A stretch of 64,000 nt of DNA, taken from positions 2,885,503 to 2,949,502 of the forward strand of contig JAHCIA010000001.1 in NCBI GenBank assembly GCA_026129465.1, given 5' to 3'. The notes beneath the pieces were generated by a model. It did not search any database. It was not told where the DNA came from and saw only the letters and a program-made list of their open reading frames with translations. Position 1 is the first letter of the stretch. Every line of letters starts with the position of its first letter. Source of the DNA: Flavobacteriales bacterium (GTDB lineage: Bacteria; Bacteroidota; Bacteroidia; Flavobacteriales_F; PHOS-HE28). The position numbers and the translations under genes were made by a program. Below, one piece after another: positions 36,547 to 45,806 of the stretch.

Positions 36547-38085
36547 TCAGGTGGGTTCGCTCACCAACGCCGAACCCAGTACACCGGCATTGAGCGTGAT
36601 CCGGAAGGTCGTGCCCTTGCCAGGCGCGCTGCGTTTCACCACGATGCGGCCCTTGTGGTATTCTTCGATGATGCGCTTGCTCAGCGAGAGGCCAAGCCCC
36701 CAGCCGCGCCGCTTGGTGGTGAAGCCGGGGCGGAACACGGTGGCGTGCTGCGACGAAGGGATGCCCTTGCCCGTGTCGGTGACGTCGATATGCACCACGC
36801 TCGCCTCGGGCACGATCTCGATCGTGATGGCGCCTTCCCCTTCCATGGCATCCACCGCGTTGCGGATGAGGTTCTCGATCACCCAACTGAAGAGCGCACG
36901 GTTCAGCGGCACCTGCGATTCCGTGTCGGACGGCTGCTGCACGTCGATCCTCACCCGGCCCGGCAGCCGCGGCCGCAAGTAGAGCACCGTGGCGCGCAAC
37001 GTATGGTAGATCCTCTCCGGGGTCAGTGCGGGCGCCGAGCCGATCTTGCTGAAGCGTTCGGTGATCACCTCCAGCCGGTCCACATCCTTGCGCATCTCGT
37101 TGATGGCCCCGGGGTCCACGCCCTGTGATCGGAGCAGTTCCATCCAGGCCATGAGCGAACTGAGCGGCGTGCCCAACTGGTGCGCCGTCTCCTTGGCCAT
37201 GCCCACCCACACCTGGTCCTGCTCCGCCTTGCGGAATACGCTGAACAGGGCGTAGGCCACCAGCAGGAAAAGGCAGATGATGGCCAGCTGCACGTAAGGG
37301 AAGTAGCGCAGCTGCGTGATCACCAGCGATTCCTCGTAGAAGATCCAGTGGCGCCCCTGTCCGGGCAGTTGGATGGCGATGGGCGCGTTGGCCTTCTCCA
37401 TGGCGGCTATGCGCGCCAGCATGGCCAGGCTGTCGGAGGCGATCTCCTCGTCGATGTTGGTGTGCTCTATGATCCGTGTGCGTGTGCTGTCGGTGTAGAT
37501 CACCGGCACGGCGGCGGTGCCCATCACTGTTTCGGAGATGAAGGAGCTGATGATGCCGTCCATCACTTCCTGCAATTCGGTGAACACGCGCGAGTCCTTG
37601 TAATAGAGGTATTGCTTGTCGCGCGCCACGTCGATCTCGATGGGCTCGCCACGCTGCGCCATCAGGGCCACCTCGGCTTTCAGCAGCGCCGGGTCCCTGG
37701 AGATGCGCTCCGGCAGATTGCGGTGGAAACGCGGTTCGCCCTTGCTGTCGGTGATGATCACCGGGATGGTGGTGTTGTCCGTCACCACCTTCAGCACGAA
37801 GGTGAGGTCCACATCGCGGCCGCTCACCAGCCGTTGCTGCGCCTCGCCGAGCAGTTCGGCCTTCTTGCGCTCCTCATCACGCAGCCGCTCGAACAGCCGT
37901 TCCGTGTAGTTGACCAGCTCGGCGCGGTTCTGCACCGCCTCCGCCCATAGGCGCACCTTGCGGCGCTCGCCCTCGCGCACATTCTCCACGATCTGGTTGC
38001 TGTACCAGAGCGATGCCGCCACCAAAGCGAAGGCCACGGCGGCGAGCACCAGTTTCCAGCGTTGCTTGCGCGAATAGAGGTCCAT
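36547..38085 (-). CDS. sensor histidine kinase (no adjacent response regulator)
   Basis: Two TM segments. H-box HQLGTPLSSLMAW. N, G1 and G2 boxes (NAVDAM, DTGKGI, GWGLGL). Confidence 0.85.
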   Translation of the reverse strand: MDLYSRKQRWKLVLAAVAFALVAASLWYSNQIVENVREGERRKVRLWAEAVQNRAELVNYTERLFERLRDEERKKAELLGEAQQRLVSGRDVDLTFVLKVVTDNTTIPVIITDSKGEPRFHRNLPERISRDPALLKAEVALMAQRGEPIEIDVARDKQYLYYKDSRVFTELQEVMDGIISSFISETVMGTAAVPVIYTDSTRTRIIEHTNIDEEIASDSLAMLARIAAMEKANAPIAIQLPGQGRHWIFYEESLVITQLRYFPYVQLAIICLFLLVAYALFSVFRKAEQDQVWVGMAKETAHQLGTPLSSLMAWMELLRSQGVDPGAINEMRKDVDRLEVITERFSKIGSAPALTPERIYHTLRATVLYLRPRLPGRVRIDVQQPSDTESQVPLNRALFSWVIENLIRNAVDAMEGEGAITIEIVPEASVVHIDVTDTGKGIPSSQHATVFRPGFTTKRRGWGLGLSLSKRIIEEYHKGRIVVKRSAPGKGTTFRITLNAGVLGSALVSEPT

Positions 38086-38129
38086 GCGTTCCGGCGGCCG
38101 TGAAGATCGCCAATGCGCGGCGGCCCGCT

Positions 38130-40814
38130 TCAATCCTCCACCTTGAACCGCTCCTTTTCCTCCGGCTCCTTGGCCTTGTCCAGCAGTTTGCCCAGCCCAC
38201 GCTTGGGTTTCTCCTCCTTCTTGGCATCTGTCTGACCGGGCGTCCGGCCATCATCCCACTCCACCTCGAAGCTCGGGGTGTTGGCGGGTGTCGCGGGCTT
38301 TTCGGCCTTGGTGTCGTCGCGCCCCTTGAAAAGCCCGAGTTCTTCGCGCAGGATGCTGCGCAGTTCGTCCTTCTCCTGCTGGAACTGGTCGCGCCGGCGC
38401 TGGCTGGCCATGGCGCGGTCATTGGCGAAGCGCGGGTCGTTGGCGGTGCCGTACATGTGCAGGAAGATGCGCATGCCGGTGCCATCGTCGATGATCGGGC
38501 CGAACTCGTCCTTCGCGGGTTTGCCCAGGCGGAAGAGGTCGCCAAGACGGAAGTCCAGGTGGTGATCGATGCGGTCGTCGAACCAATGGGTGCCACTGAG
38601 GCGGATGTCCAGCGTATTGCTGCGCACCTCCATGGCGGGGATGCGCACGGCGCCATCGCGGATCTCGATGCGGTTCTCCAGCCTGGCGAACCGAACATCG
38701 GCGAGCCGGTCGCGCAGCGCCTTGGTGTCCACGAAGGGGGATACGAGCTTGTTCTTGCGCAAGTGGTCGGCGATCTCCAGCAGGGGCTTGTGGTCCTTGA
38801 TACCACCGTCGTCCACGATGATGTCGATAGTGCAGACGAGGCGGTCCATGTCCAGCGCGAAGCTTGGTTTGAGGGGTGCGCGCATGGAAATGCGGGCCTG
38901 CGCCGTGCCGCTGAGGTGGCGATGGCCGATGAAGTCCTGGCCGAAGTCCTGGAATTCCCGGAAGAGGGCCTTGATGTCGATGGCCTGACAGGTGGCATCG
39001 ATGGCCAGGGGGAAGGAGGCGCCGCCACCGGGGCGCGCATCGAGTTCGAGGCTGCCGAGCACGGCGCCCCTGGCGGTGTTGAAGGTCACGGGCGCCACCC
39101 GCAGCATGCGGTCCTTCAGACGCATGCCGCCGTTGATGGCCGTGGCTTCGAAGTCCTCGAAGACCAGTTGGTCCACCTGGGCGCGCAGGTCCAGATCGAT
39201 GGTGGCGGGCAGGCTCAGCACATACGGATTGATGTTCGCCGTGCTATTCGCGGACCGCTCATCGGTCAGCAGGGCGGCGAGGTCGATGCGCGGGGAGGAG
39301 AACTCGGCCTGGATGGCGAGTTTCTGGTCGTTGAACAGGAGGTAGGGCACCAGGTCACGCAGATCGCCACGCAGGGCCATGGCGTTGCCTTGGATCACGG
39401 CTCTCGGGATGTCCACCCGGGCGTCGTTCCCCTGCAAGGCGAGGTCCGCATCGAGGTGCTCCACCCGGTGGCGGATGCCCTTCAATTTCAGCGTGGCATC
39501 GCGCAGGGATGCGTTGCCCGAGATCTTCAGGGCCTTCAGGTCGGCCACACGGAAGTCGGCCACATCGCGCAGGCGCCCCTCCACGCTGGCATCCGCCCGC
39601 ACACGCCCGCTCACCTGTTCCAAGGTGTCGATCCGTGCGATGCGGAGCAGGTCGGCCAGGGCCATGTCCGCCCGGAGGCTGGCCTTCAGCGGCGCGTTGG
39701 TCAGGCCCTTGCTGTCCCATTCCGCCGCGAAGGAGCCGCCGCCACTGCGCGCCTCCAATCCGCTGATCAGCAGCCGTTGAAGATCGCCCCGGGCATTGAG
39801 TTCGATGGCCACTTCGCCCCGGACATCCGTGAGTACCGCGCCACTTCGTTTCTCCTTCAACCTGCCGCCCGTGACCTTGGCTCCCACCGACAAGGCCGGG
39901 GCGTCCATGGGCCCGGCGTAGCGCAGGGCGATGTCGCCGGTGCCTTTCACCACGTAGTGGCCCAGTTGCGCATGCATCGCTTCCGGCAGCAACTCCAGCA
40001 CACGGTCCAGCGGCAGGCCGAGTCCATTGGCGCGCAGGTCCACGGTGCGTTCCCGTTCGGTGCCGGTAATGGCCAGGGCCACTTCCAGGGGCGCATCACC
40101 AAGGTCCACCGTGCCGTGTGGGATGCGGAATGCACCTTCCTCACCGCCGAATCCGAGGTCCAGTCGCAACTGGGCCTGCCGCTCGCCCACGTGCCGGGTC
40201 TCGCCCTGGTCCCAATGCCGCAGCGCCAGGTCGCCTTCCAGCCGCAGGGTGTTCAGGCCTTCGCCGAAACGTCCCGTGAGCGACATGTTGCGGCTGTGCG
40301 CCGCCACCTCCAGTTGCGAGCGGTCATCGCGGTAACGCAGGTCCAAGCGATCCATGCTTACGCGCCGCAGATCCACCGTGCCACCGCCGGTGGCGCTGCT
40401 GTCCTGCTTCCAGACGAGGTAGTTCTCACGCCCGTTCCCATCCAGCCCCGGTCGCAGGGTCACCCGATCGCCATGGATGCGTTCGATGGTGTGGTCCTTC
40501 CGGAAGAGCCCCCAAATGCTGAACTCCAGAAAGAGTTCACGGGCGAAGAGGAGGGTGTCCGCGGCCTGACCGTCGGAACGTTTCTCCATGGCCAGCACAT
40601 CGTGCAGGCGCAGGCCGGCCATGGGGAAGCGCGCGATGAGGGTGAGGTCCATGTCGCGCACGGACACCGGCGCATCGAGCTGATCGTTGATGGCGCCCAC
40701 AAGTGCGGCCTTCACCTCGGGTTCGTAGTGCTTGGCCAGGAACACCAAGGTGGTGAGGGCCACCACGAAAAGGACGGCGGCGAGGAGCAGGATCTTCCGG
40801 AGACGGCGGAACAT
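38130..40814 (-). CDS. AsmA-family outer-membrane biogenesis protein
   Basis: N-terminal TM anchor followed by a long beta-rich repetitive body. 894 aa. Confidence 0.8.
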   Translation of the reverse strand: MFRRLRKILLLAAVLFVVALTTLVFLAKHYEPEVKAALVGAINDQLDAPVSVRDMDLTLIARFPMAGLRLHDVLAMEKRSDGQAADTLLFARELFLEFSIWGLFRKDHTIERIHGDRVTLRPGLDGNGRENYLVWKQDSSATGGGTVDLRRVSMDRLDLRYRDDRSQLEVAAHSRNMSLTGRFGEGLNTLRLEGDLALRHWDQGETRHVGERQAQLRLDLGFGGEEGAFRIPHGTVDLGDAPLEVALAITGTERERTVDLRANGLGLPLDRVLELLPEAMHAQLGHYVVKGTGDIALRYAGPMDAPALSVGAKVTGGRLKEKRSGAVLTDVRGEVAIELNARGDLQRLLISGLEARSGGGSFAAEWDSKGLTNAPLKASLRADMALADLLRIARIDTLEQVSGRVRADASVEGRLRDVADFRVADLKALKISGNASLRDATLKLKGIRHRVEHLDADLALQGNDARVDIPRAVIQGNAMALRGDLRDLVPYLLFNDQKLAIQAEFSSPRIDLAALLTDERSANSTANINPYVLSLPATIDLDLRAQVDQLVFEDFEATAINGGMRLKDRMLRVAPVTFNTARGAVLGSLELDARPGGGASFPLAIDATCQAIDIKALFREFQDFGQDFIGHRHLSGTAQARISMRAPLKPSFALDMDRLVCTIDIIVDDGGIKDHKPLLEIADHLRKNKLVSPFVDTKALRDRLADVRFARLENRIEIRDGAVRIPAMEVRSNTLDIRLSGTHWFDDRIDHHLDFRLGDLFRLGKPAKDEFGPIIDDGTGMRIFLHMYGTANDPRFANDRAMASQRRRDQFQQEKDELRSILREELGLFKGRDDTKAEKPATPANTPSFEVEWDDGRTPGQTDAKKEEKPKRGLGKLLDKAKEPEEKERFKVED

Positions 40815-40900
40815 GGGAACGGCGCAAGGTATCCGCGTGCGCAGCGGGATAACGGCCGATCGCGTGCCGTTCGTTCACAGCGGCTTGTGGGCCGGTGGGA

Positions 40901-42109
40901 TCAGCGCCGTTTGCTGAGGAAGAGCACCTCCTTTTCCGTGAGGTGCCGCCACTTGCCCCGGGGCAGGTCCTTTTTGGTGAGGCCTGCGAAGACCACGCGG
41001 TCCAGCTTGACCACCTGGTAACCGAGGGACTCGAACATGCGGCGCACGATGCGGTTGCGGCCCATGTGCAGCTTCACGCCCACCTCGCGCTTGGTGGCGC
41101 CGGTCACGAAGTCCACCTCGTCCGCCTGGGCGGGTCCATCCTCCAATTGCACGCCCTGCACCAGCTGTTGCATGTGGGCCTTGGTCACGGCCTTGTCCAA
41201 CTCCACATGGTAGATCTTCTCCGCGCCGTGGCTCGGGTGGGTGAGCTTCTTGGCCAGGTCACCGTCGTTGGTCATCAGCAGCACGCCGGTGGTGTTGCGG
41301 TCCAGGCGGCCAACGGGGTAGATGCGTTCCGGACATGCCGCGGTCACAAGGGCCATCACGGTACGGCGGTCGCGCTCATCGTCGGTGGTGGTGATGAAGC
41401 CCTTGGGTTTGTTCAGCAACACGTAACGCTTGGTCTCCATGCTGATGCGCTGGCCGCCATAGTGGACCTTGTCGCCGGGCATCACTTTGGTACCCAGTTC
41501 GGTCACCACTTGGCCGTTCACCGTCACCACGCCGGCCTTGATCAGGTCGTCGGCTTCACGGCGGCTGCAGATGCCGCTTTGGGCCAGGTAGCGGTTGAGG
41601 CGGATGAGACCATCACTGGGTGCCGGGGCCTTGTGCCGGGCACCCTTGCCATGGATGTGCCCCCGACCCACCCCGGGTGGGCGTCCGGCGCGCTGTTCCC
41701 GTTTCTCGCGTTTGCGGTCGTCCCGCTCCTGCTTGTACTGCTCCTTCACGGATGGCCGTGCGGGCCTGTCCGCCCGGCTCCCCCGGTCCGCTTCGTCCCG
41801 AGGCCTTTCACCACGGCGGACCGCTCCGGACGGGCGTCCGGAGCGCTGTTTCCCGTTCTCGCGTTCGCGGTCTTCCCGCTCCTGCTTGTACCGATCCTTC
41901 ACGGATGGCCGCGCGGGCTTGTCCACCCGGTTCCCCCGGTCCACTTCGTCCCAAGACCTTTCACCACGGCGGACCGCGCCTGGGGGCCGGCGACCGGCGC
42001 GTTTGGAGCTGCCTTGGCCATCCGGCGGTCGCGAAGCGGGTCGCTGGGCACCATTACCGCGCCCAGTGCGGCCTTGGGGGTTCCTGCGGGACTTATCTCG
42101 GTCGGTCAT
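40901..42109 (-). CDS. rluB: pseudouridine synthase (RluB/RsuA family) with an Arg-rich repetitive N-terminal extension
   Basis: S4 domain IRLNRYLAQSGICSRREAD. Catalytic motif GRLDRNTTGVLL. Confidence 0.85.
   Translation of the reverse strand: MTDRDKSRRNPQGRTGRGNGAQRPASRPPDGQGSSKRAGRRPPGAVRRGERSWDEVDRGNRVDKPARPSVKDRYKQEREDRERENGKQRSGRPSGAVRRGERPRDEADRGSRADRPARPSVKEQYKQERDDRKREKREQRAGRPPGVGRGHIHGKGARHKAPAPSDGLIRLNRYLAQSGICSRREADDLIKAGVVTVNGQVVTELGTKVMPGDKVHYGGQRISMETKRYVLLNKPKGFITTTDDERDRRTVMALVTAACPERIYPVGRLDRNTTGVLLMTNDGDLAKKLTHPSHGAEKIYHVELDKAVTKAHMQQLVQGVQLEDGPAQADEVDFVTGATKREVGVKLHMGRNRIVRRMFESLGYQVVKLDRVVFAGLTKKDLPRGKWRHLTEKEVLFLSKRR
41679..41984. repeat. tandem duplication, 2 x 153 bp (2 x 51 aa), inside the rluB N-terminal extension
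   Basis: Units 41679-41831 and 41832-41984 are ~85 % identical by eye. Confidence 0.85.
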
Positions 42110-42473
42110 GTAGGGTGGGATAGAAGGCGTCAGTGATGTGGTGGATGTATGGTTTGCCACCGGGGTGCAGGATGATGCTGATGATATCGAACCGGAGGCC
42201 GAGTTGGCATCCGGTCGCTTCCACATAGGCATTGGCCGCCTTGAGGATCTTGCCGCGTTTGCCCTTCTTCACTGCTTCGGCGGGTTGCCCGTATTGGTCG
42301 CTGCTGCGGGTCTTCACCTCCACGATCACCAGTTCCATGCCCTGCCGTGCGATGATGTCCAGCTCGTGCCGGCCATGGCGCCAGTTGCGCTCAAGCACCT
42401 CCAGGCCATGCTCCTCCAGGAAGCGGCTGGCGATGGTCTCACCCCGGTCGCCGGTGACGTTATGCTCGGCCAT
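42093..42473 (-). CDS. YraN-family (UPF0102) endonuclease-like protein
   Basis: GETIASRFLEEHGLEVLERNWR...ELDIIA...VIVEVK motif pattern. Confidence 0.85.
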   Translation of the reverse strand: MAEHNVTGDRGETIASRFLEEHGLEVLERNWRHGRHELDIIARQGMELVIVEVKTRSSDQYGQPAEAVKKGKRGKILKAANAYVEATGCQLGLRFDIISIILHPGGKPYIHHITDAFYPTLHDRPR

Positions 42474-42569
42474 GCGTCGATAAGTCGCTTGCGTAACCCT
42501 GACCCAAGGGGTCCGTTGAAGGCCAAAATTGGGGAACTTTCCGCCTGATCCAAGGAACCCTGCGAACCC

Positions 42570-43214
42570 ATGCGAACCTTTCCTCGCCTCGCCTGCATTT
42601 CAGCCCTGTTGTCTTTGTCGCTGATGTCCCCGCTGATGGCCCAGGCCTTTGAGGGGATCATCGAATTCACCAAGACGACCGGCCCCGTGGTGACCAACTA
42701 CAAGTACCATGTCAAGGGCGATCGCATCCGCATCGAGGAGATCAGTGCCCGCGGCGAGGTGCAGGGCATCATGCTGGTGGACACGCGCGACAAGACCGTC
42801 ACGGCCATCAGCCCCGAGCGCAAGCTTTACATGGACGTGCCCAACATGCGCCTGCCCAAGGATGTGAAGACCGTGGTGCAGAAGACCACCGAGACGATGA
42901 CCTTCGCCGGCTACACCTGCGAGAAGTGGGTGGTGAAGAGTCAGGCCGAGGATCGTCAACTCACCTACTGGGTGGCGGCCGACCAGTTCAATTTCTTCAT
43001 CCCCTTGCTGGAGACCCTGAACCGCAAGGATGAGCAGGCCGTGTTCTTCCTGCAGGTGAAGGATTCGAAAGGTGTGTTCCCCATGCTCGGCATCGAGCAG
43101 AAGTTGGATGGCGCGGAGATCAGCCGCTTGGAGGTGACCAAGGTGACCAAAGGCGCCCAGAAGCCGGCCCTGTTCGAGATCCCCGGCGGGTACAACAAGT
43201 TCGAGCGGAATTAG
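42570..43214 (+). CDS. secreted DUF4412-like protein
   Basis: Signal peptide ...PLMAQA. FEGIIEFTKT start typical of the family as I recall it. Confidence 0.65.
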   Translation: MRTFPRLACISALLSLSLMSPLMAQAFEGIIEFTKTTGPVVTNYKYHVKGDRIRIEEISARGEVQGIMLVDTRDKTVTAISPERKLYMDVPNMRLPKDVKTVVQKTTETMTFAGYTCEKWVVKSQAEDRQLTYWVAADQFNFFIPLLETLNRKDEQAVFFLQVKDSKGVFPMLGIEQKLDGAEISRLEVTKVTKGAQKPALFEIPGGYNKFERN

Positions 43215-43224
43215 GCCGCAGTGG

Positions 43225-44172
43225 TCAAGCGTAGCTCAGCGTCGCGCCCATGGGGGTGACGCTGAGCTTCGCTTTTGCGCCCATTATGAGCGCCCGGTTG
43301 TCGGCGACATGCCCGGCCGGGAAGCCAAAGCACACTGGGTAGCCGTAAGGCGCCACCGCCTCGGCGATCATGGCCTCGGCTTCCATGCCGAAGGGGTCCT
43401 TGTCATCCTTGTCGCGCATGCCGCTCATGCCCCCCACGATCAAGCCTGCCAGCTCCTTGAACCAGCCGCCGTGCTTCAGGTTCTGCACCATGCGGTCCAC
43501 ATGGTACCGGAGTTCGTCCAGGTCTTCCAGGAAGAGGACCTTGCCCTTGGGGTCGATGTCGAAGGGCGTGCCGCGCAGGGCGTAGAGAATGGAGAGGTTG
43601 CCGCCCACAAGTACACCCTCGCACTGGCCAGCGCGCTGAGTATCGAGTGGTGAGTGGTGAGTGGCAGGTCTCGCCGAGTCCACTCGCCACTCACCACTCA
43701 CCACTCGATACTCCCCCCCGAACAACACCCTCCGCAAACTCTCCCTGCACTCCTCCGTTTTGATCCCGATCGCGAAGGGCATCTGGGCATGCAGGGAAGC
43801 TACACCCAGCCCATGCAACGCATTGTGCAACACGGTGATGTCACTGAATCCGATGACCCACTTGGGGTTCCGCTTCAAGGGTGACAGGTCCACCCGGTCC
43901 ATGATGCGGATGGTGCCGTATCCGCCACGGGCGCACCAGATGGCCCGCACCGCAGGATCCTCTATGGCGGCTTGGAGATCGGCGGCGCGTTCGGCGTCGA
44001 TGCCCGCCTGCTGGAAGTGTCGGCGGCCAATGCCCGCGCCCAGCTTCACGCGCAGGCCCCAGCTTTCCGCCAGGGCGATGCCGTCGCGCAATTCATCCCT
44101 GGAGATGGCACGGGCCGTGGGGATGATGGCGATGGTGTCGCCGGGCCGGAGGGAGGGAGGGATGATGACCAT
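43225..44172 (-). CDS. LD-carboxypeptidase (peptidase S66)
   Basis: GFSDITVLH nucleophile motif, GGNLSIL, ...FPAGH. Confidence 0.85.
   Translation of the reverse strand: MVIIPPSLRPGDTIAIIPTARAISRDELRDGIALAESWGLRVKLGAGIGRRHFQQAGIDAERAADLQAAIEDPAVRAIWCARGGYGTIRIMDRVDLSPLKRNPKWVIGFSDITVLHNALHGLGVASLHAQMPFAIGIKTEECRESLRRVLFGGEYRVVSGEWRVDSARPATHHSPLDTQRAGQCEGVLVGGNLSILYALRGTPFDIDPKGKVLFLEDLDELRYHVDRMVQNLKHGGWFKELAGLIVGGMSGMRDKDDKDPFGMEAEAMIAEAVAPYGYPVCFGFPAGHVADNRALIMGAKAKLSVTPMGATLSYA
43638..43713. repeat. perfect 28-bp inverted repeat (arms 43638-43665 and 43686-43713, 20-nt spacer) made of GAGTGGx / xCCACTC heptamers
   Basis: Read directly. The reverse complement of the left arm equals the right arm. 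Lies in frame inside the LD-carboxypeptidase CDS. Confidence 0.95.
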
Positions 44173-44218
44173 GGGGCGAAGAAAGGTGCTTCCCGCCCAC
44201 AAGGCCACCACGCGGTCG

Positions 44219-45703
44219 TCATCGTTCCACCACCAGTCTGTGTGTGACGGCATGCCCGCCATGCAGCACGTTGACCAGATACGCGCCTGGTGCCAGGGAT
44301 GTGAGGGGGATCTCCATCCGATCCTGCGCCGCACGCTGTTCCAACATCACCCTGCCTGTCACGTCCAGCATGCGCACCACGGCACCCACGGGAACGTCGC
44401 GAAGGCTTGCCACCTCGGAAGCCGGGTTGGGGAACACGCCGAAGATGAAAGGGGCCTCCTGCTCGCCCACGGATGCGCCTGTGGCATCACCATTCAAGCG
44501 GATGATGTATTGGTTGGTGGGGAAGCCGTCGCCCAGGGTCAAGCCCTGTCCCTGGTAGGAAGCGTTCTGCGTCACCACCAGGATCCTCCCATCTGCCTGC
44601 AGGGCGCAGTGATAGGCCAGCGGGGCGTTGCCGAAGCCATTGGCCGTGTCGAAGGTGCTGTCCAGCGTGCCATCCGCGTTGAGGCGCATCACACCGGATA
44701 TGGAAGTGACCCCATCGTATGCGTTCAGGAAGTAGCCCGTCACGATGATCTTGCCGTCGCTCTGGATGGCCACACCGGTGGGGTATACGCCGCTGATCTG
44801 CGAGTTGGTGGCCGCATGGAAGCTCACATCCGGCGTGAGGTCCGCGTTGTAACGCATGATCTTCACGATGCTGGAGGTCTGAAGCCCGGCCACCACGATC
44901 TTGCCATCGGGCTGGATGGCCGTGCGCGGGTGGACGTCGTCGAAAATATTGGAGCTGTGGATATAGCCGGTATGCACGAACGACTCGTCCCGCGAGCCGT
45001 CGGAGTTCAGCACGGCAAGGCCTCCGGGCCAGTTGTTGAAGCGGCCTGCCACCAGGATCTTCCCATTGGGCAGAACCTTGATATCCCTGATGTTCGTCGG
45101 TGCCTGACCGGCATTGAAGGTCCCATCCACCGCGCCATCCGGAAGCAGGCGGCTGATGCCCGTGCCATGGGTCCCGGTGCCGTAAGCCCCGGCGATCAGG
45201 ATCTTCCCGTCCGGCTGCAACGCGATGGCGTTGATCGTGGGGTTGTTCTCAAAGCCCGCGTTGAAGCTCATGTCCTGGCTGCCATCGTTGTTCAAACGGA
45301 TGATGCCGCGCTGGTTCACACCGTTGGAGAAGTCCGTGAACTGGCCACCGACCAGGTATTTGCCATCGGACAACTCCACGGCCGATCGGATACGCAGATA
45401 GTAGTCCTGGTCGAAGTCGGGCCCGTCGAAGGTGTTGTCCCAGGAACCATTGGCATTCAGGCGTACCACACCGCTCATGGTGGTATGGAGCGGGTCGTGC
45501 AACGAACCGAAGAAGAGGATCCTACCATCGGAAAGCGGCAGTACCCTGGTCAGCGGGAATTCGTTCGGGCTGAAGCTCAGCGCGCCAGCGCCGGACAGGT
45601 CCAGCACGAAACTTTCGTCGCGATGGGTGTTGGGGGTTTGAGCGTGGGAGAGCAGGGGTAGCGCGAGCAGGCTGCCAAGGAGCAGTGCGTTCTTCATGGT
45701 CAT
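44219..45703 (-). CDS. delta-60-repeat beta-propeller-like protein with a T9SS type-A C-terminal sorting domain
   Basis: Signal peptide. At least six DGK(I/Y)L(V/I)xG...RLNxDGSxDxSF units. C-terminus FPNPASEVASL...APGAYLVNV. Confidence 0.75.
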   Translation of the reverse strand: MTMKNALLLGSLLALPLLSHAQTPNTHRDESFVLDLSGAGALSFSPNEFPLTRVLPLSDGRILFFGSLHDPLHTTMSGVVRLNANGSWDNTFDGPDFDQDYYLRIRSAVELSDGKYLVGGQFTDFSNGVNQRGIIRLNNDGSQDMSFNAGFENNPTINAIALQPDGKILIAGAYGTGTHGTGISRLLPDGAVDGTFNAGQAPTNIRDIKVLPNGKILVAGRFNNWPGGLAVLNSDGSRDESFVHTGYIHSSNIFDDVHPRTAIQPDGKIVVAGLQTSSIVKIMRYNADLTPDVSFHAATNSQISGVYPTGVAIQSDGKIIVTGYFLNAYDGVTSISGVMRLNADGTLDSTFDTANGFGNAPLAYHCALQADGRILVVTQNASYQGQGLTLGDGFPTNQYIIRLNGDATGASVGEQEAPFIFGVFPNPASEVASLRDVPVGAVVRMLDVTGRVMLEQRAAQDRMEIPLTSLAPGAYLVNVLHGGHAVTHRLVVER

Positions 45704-45746
45704 GTTGTCCTCGGCAAAGGTCCCTGGAGGCCATGGGCGCAGCATA

Positions 45747-45780
45747 CGGTGATCGCCGTAGCGCGCTACGGCGATCACCG
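45747..45780. terminator. 34-bp perfect palindrome (CGGTGATCGCCGTAGCG|CGCTACGGCGATCACCG)
   Basis: Read directly. Lies 27 nt downstream of the 45807-46424 gene stop and 44 nt upstream of the 45703 start. No T-tract. Confidence 0.45.
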
Positions 45781-45806
45781 CCATTCACCCGCTCTTCCAA
45801 GCGTAC

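Noticed and set aside
38013-41021. 1002-aa plus-strand ORF
   Set aside because: Antisense to the AsmA-family gene, which has a clear TM anchor and family-like body. The ORF product is G/A/H/R/V-rich with no recognisable domain. The same reasoning applies to 36481-37128, 37180-37950 and 35524-36456.
43661-45661. 666-aa plus-strand ORF
   Set aside because: Antisense to the LD-carboxypeptidase and delta-60/T9SS genes, both of which have clear family motifs on the minus strand.
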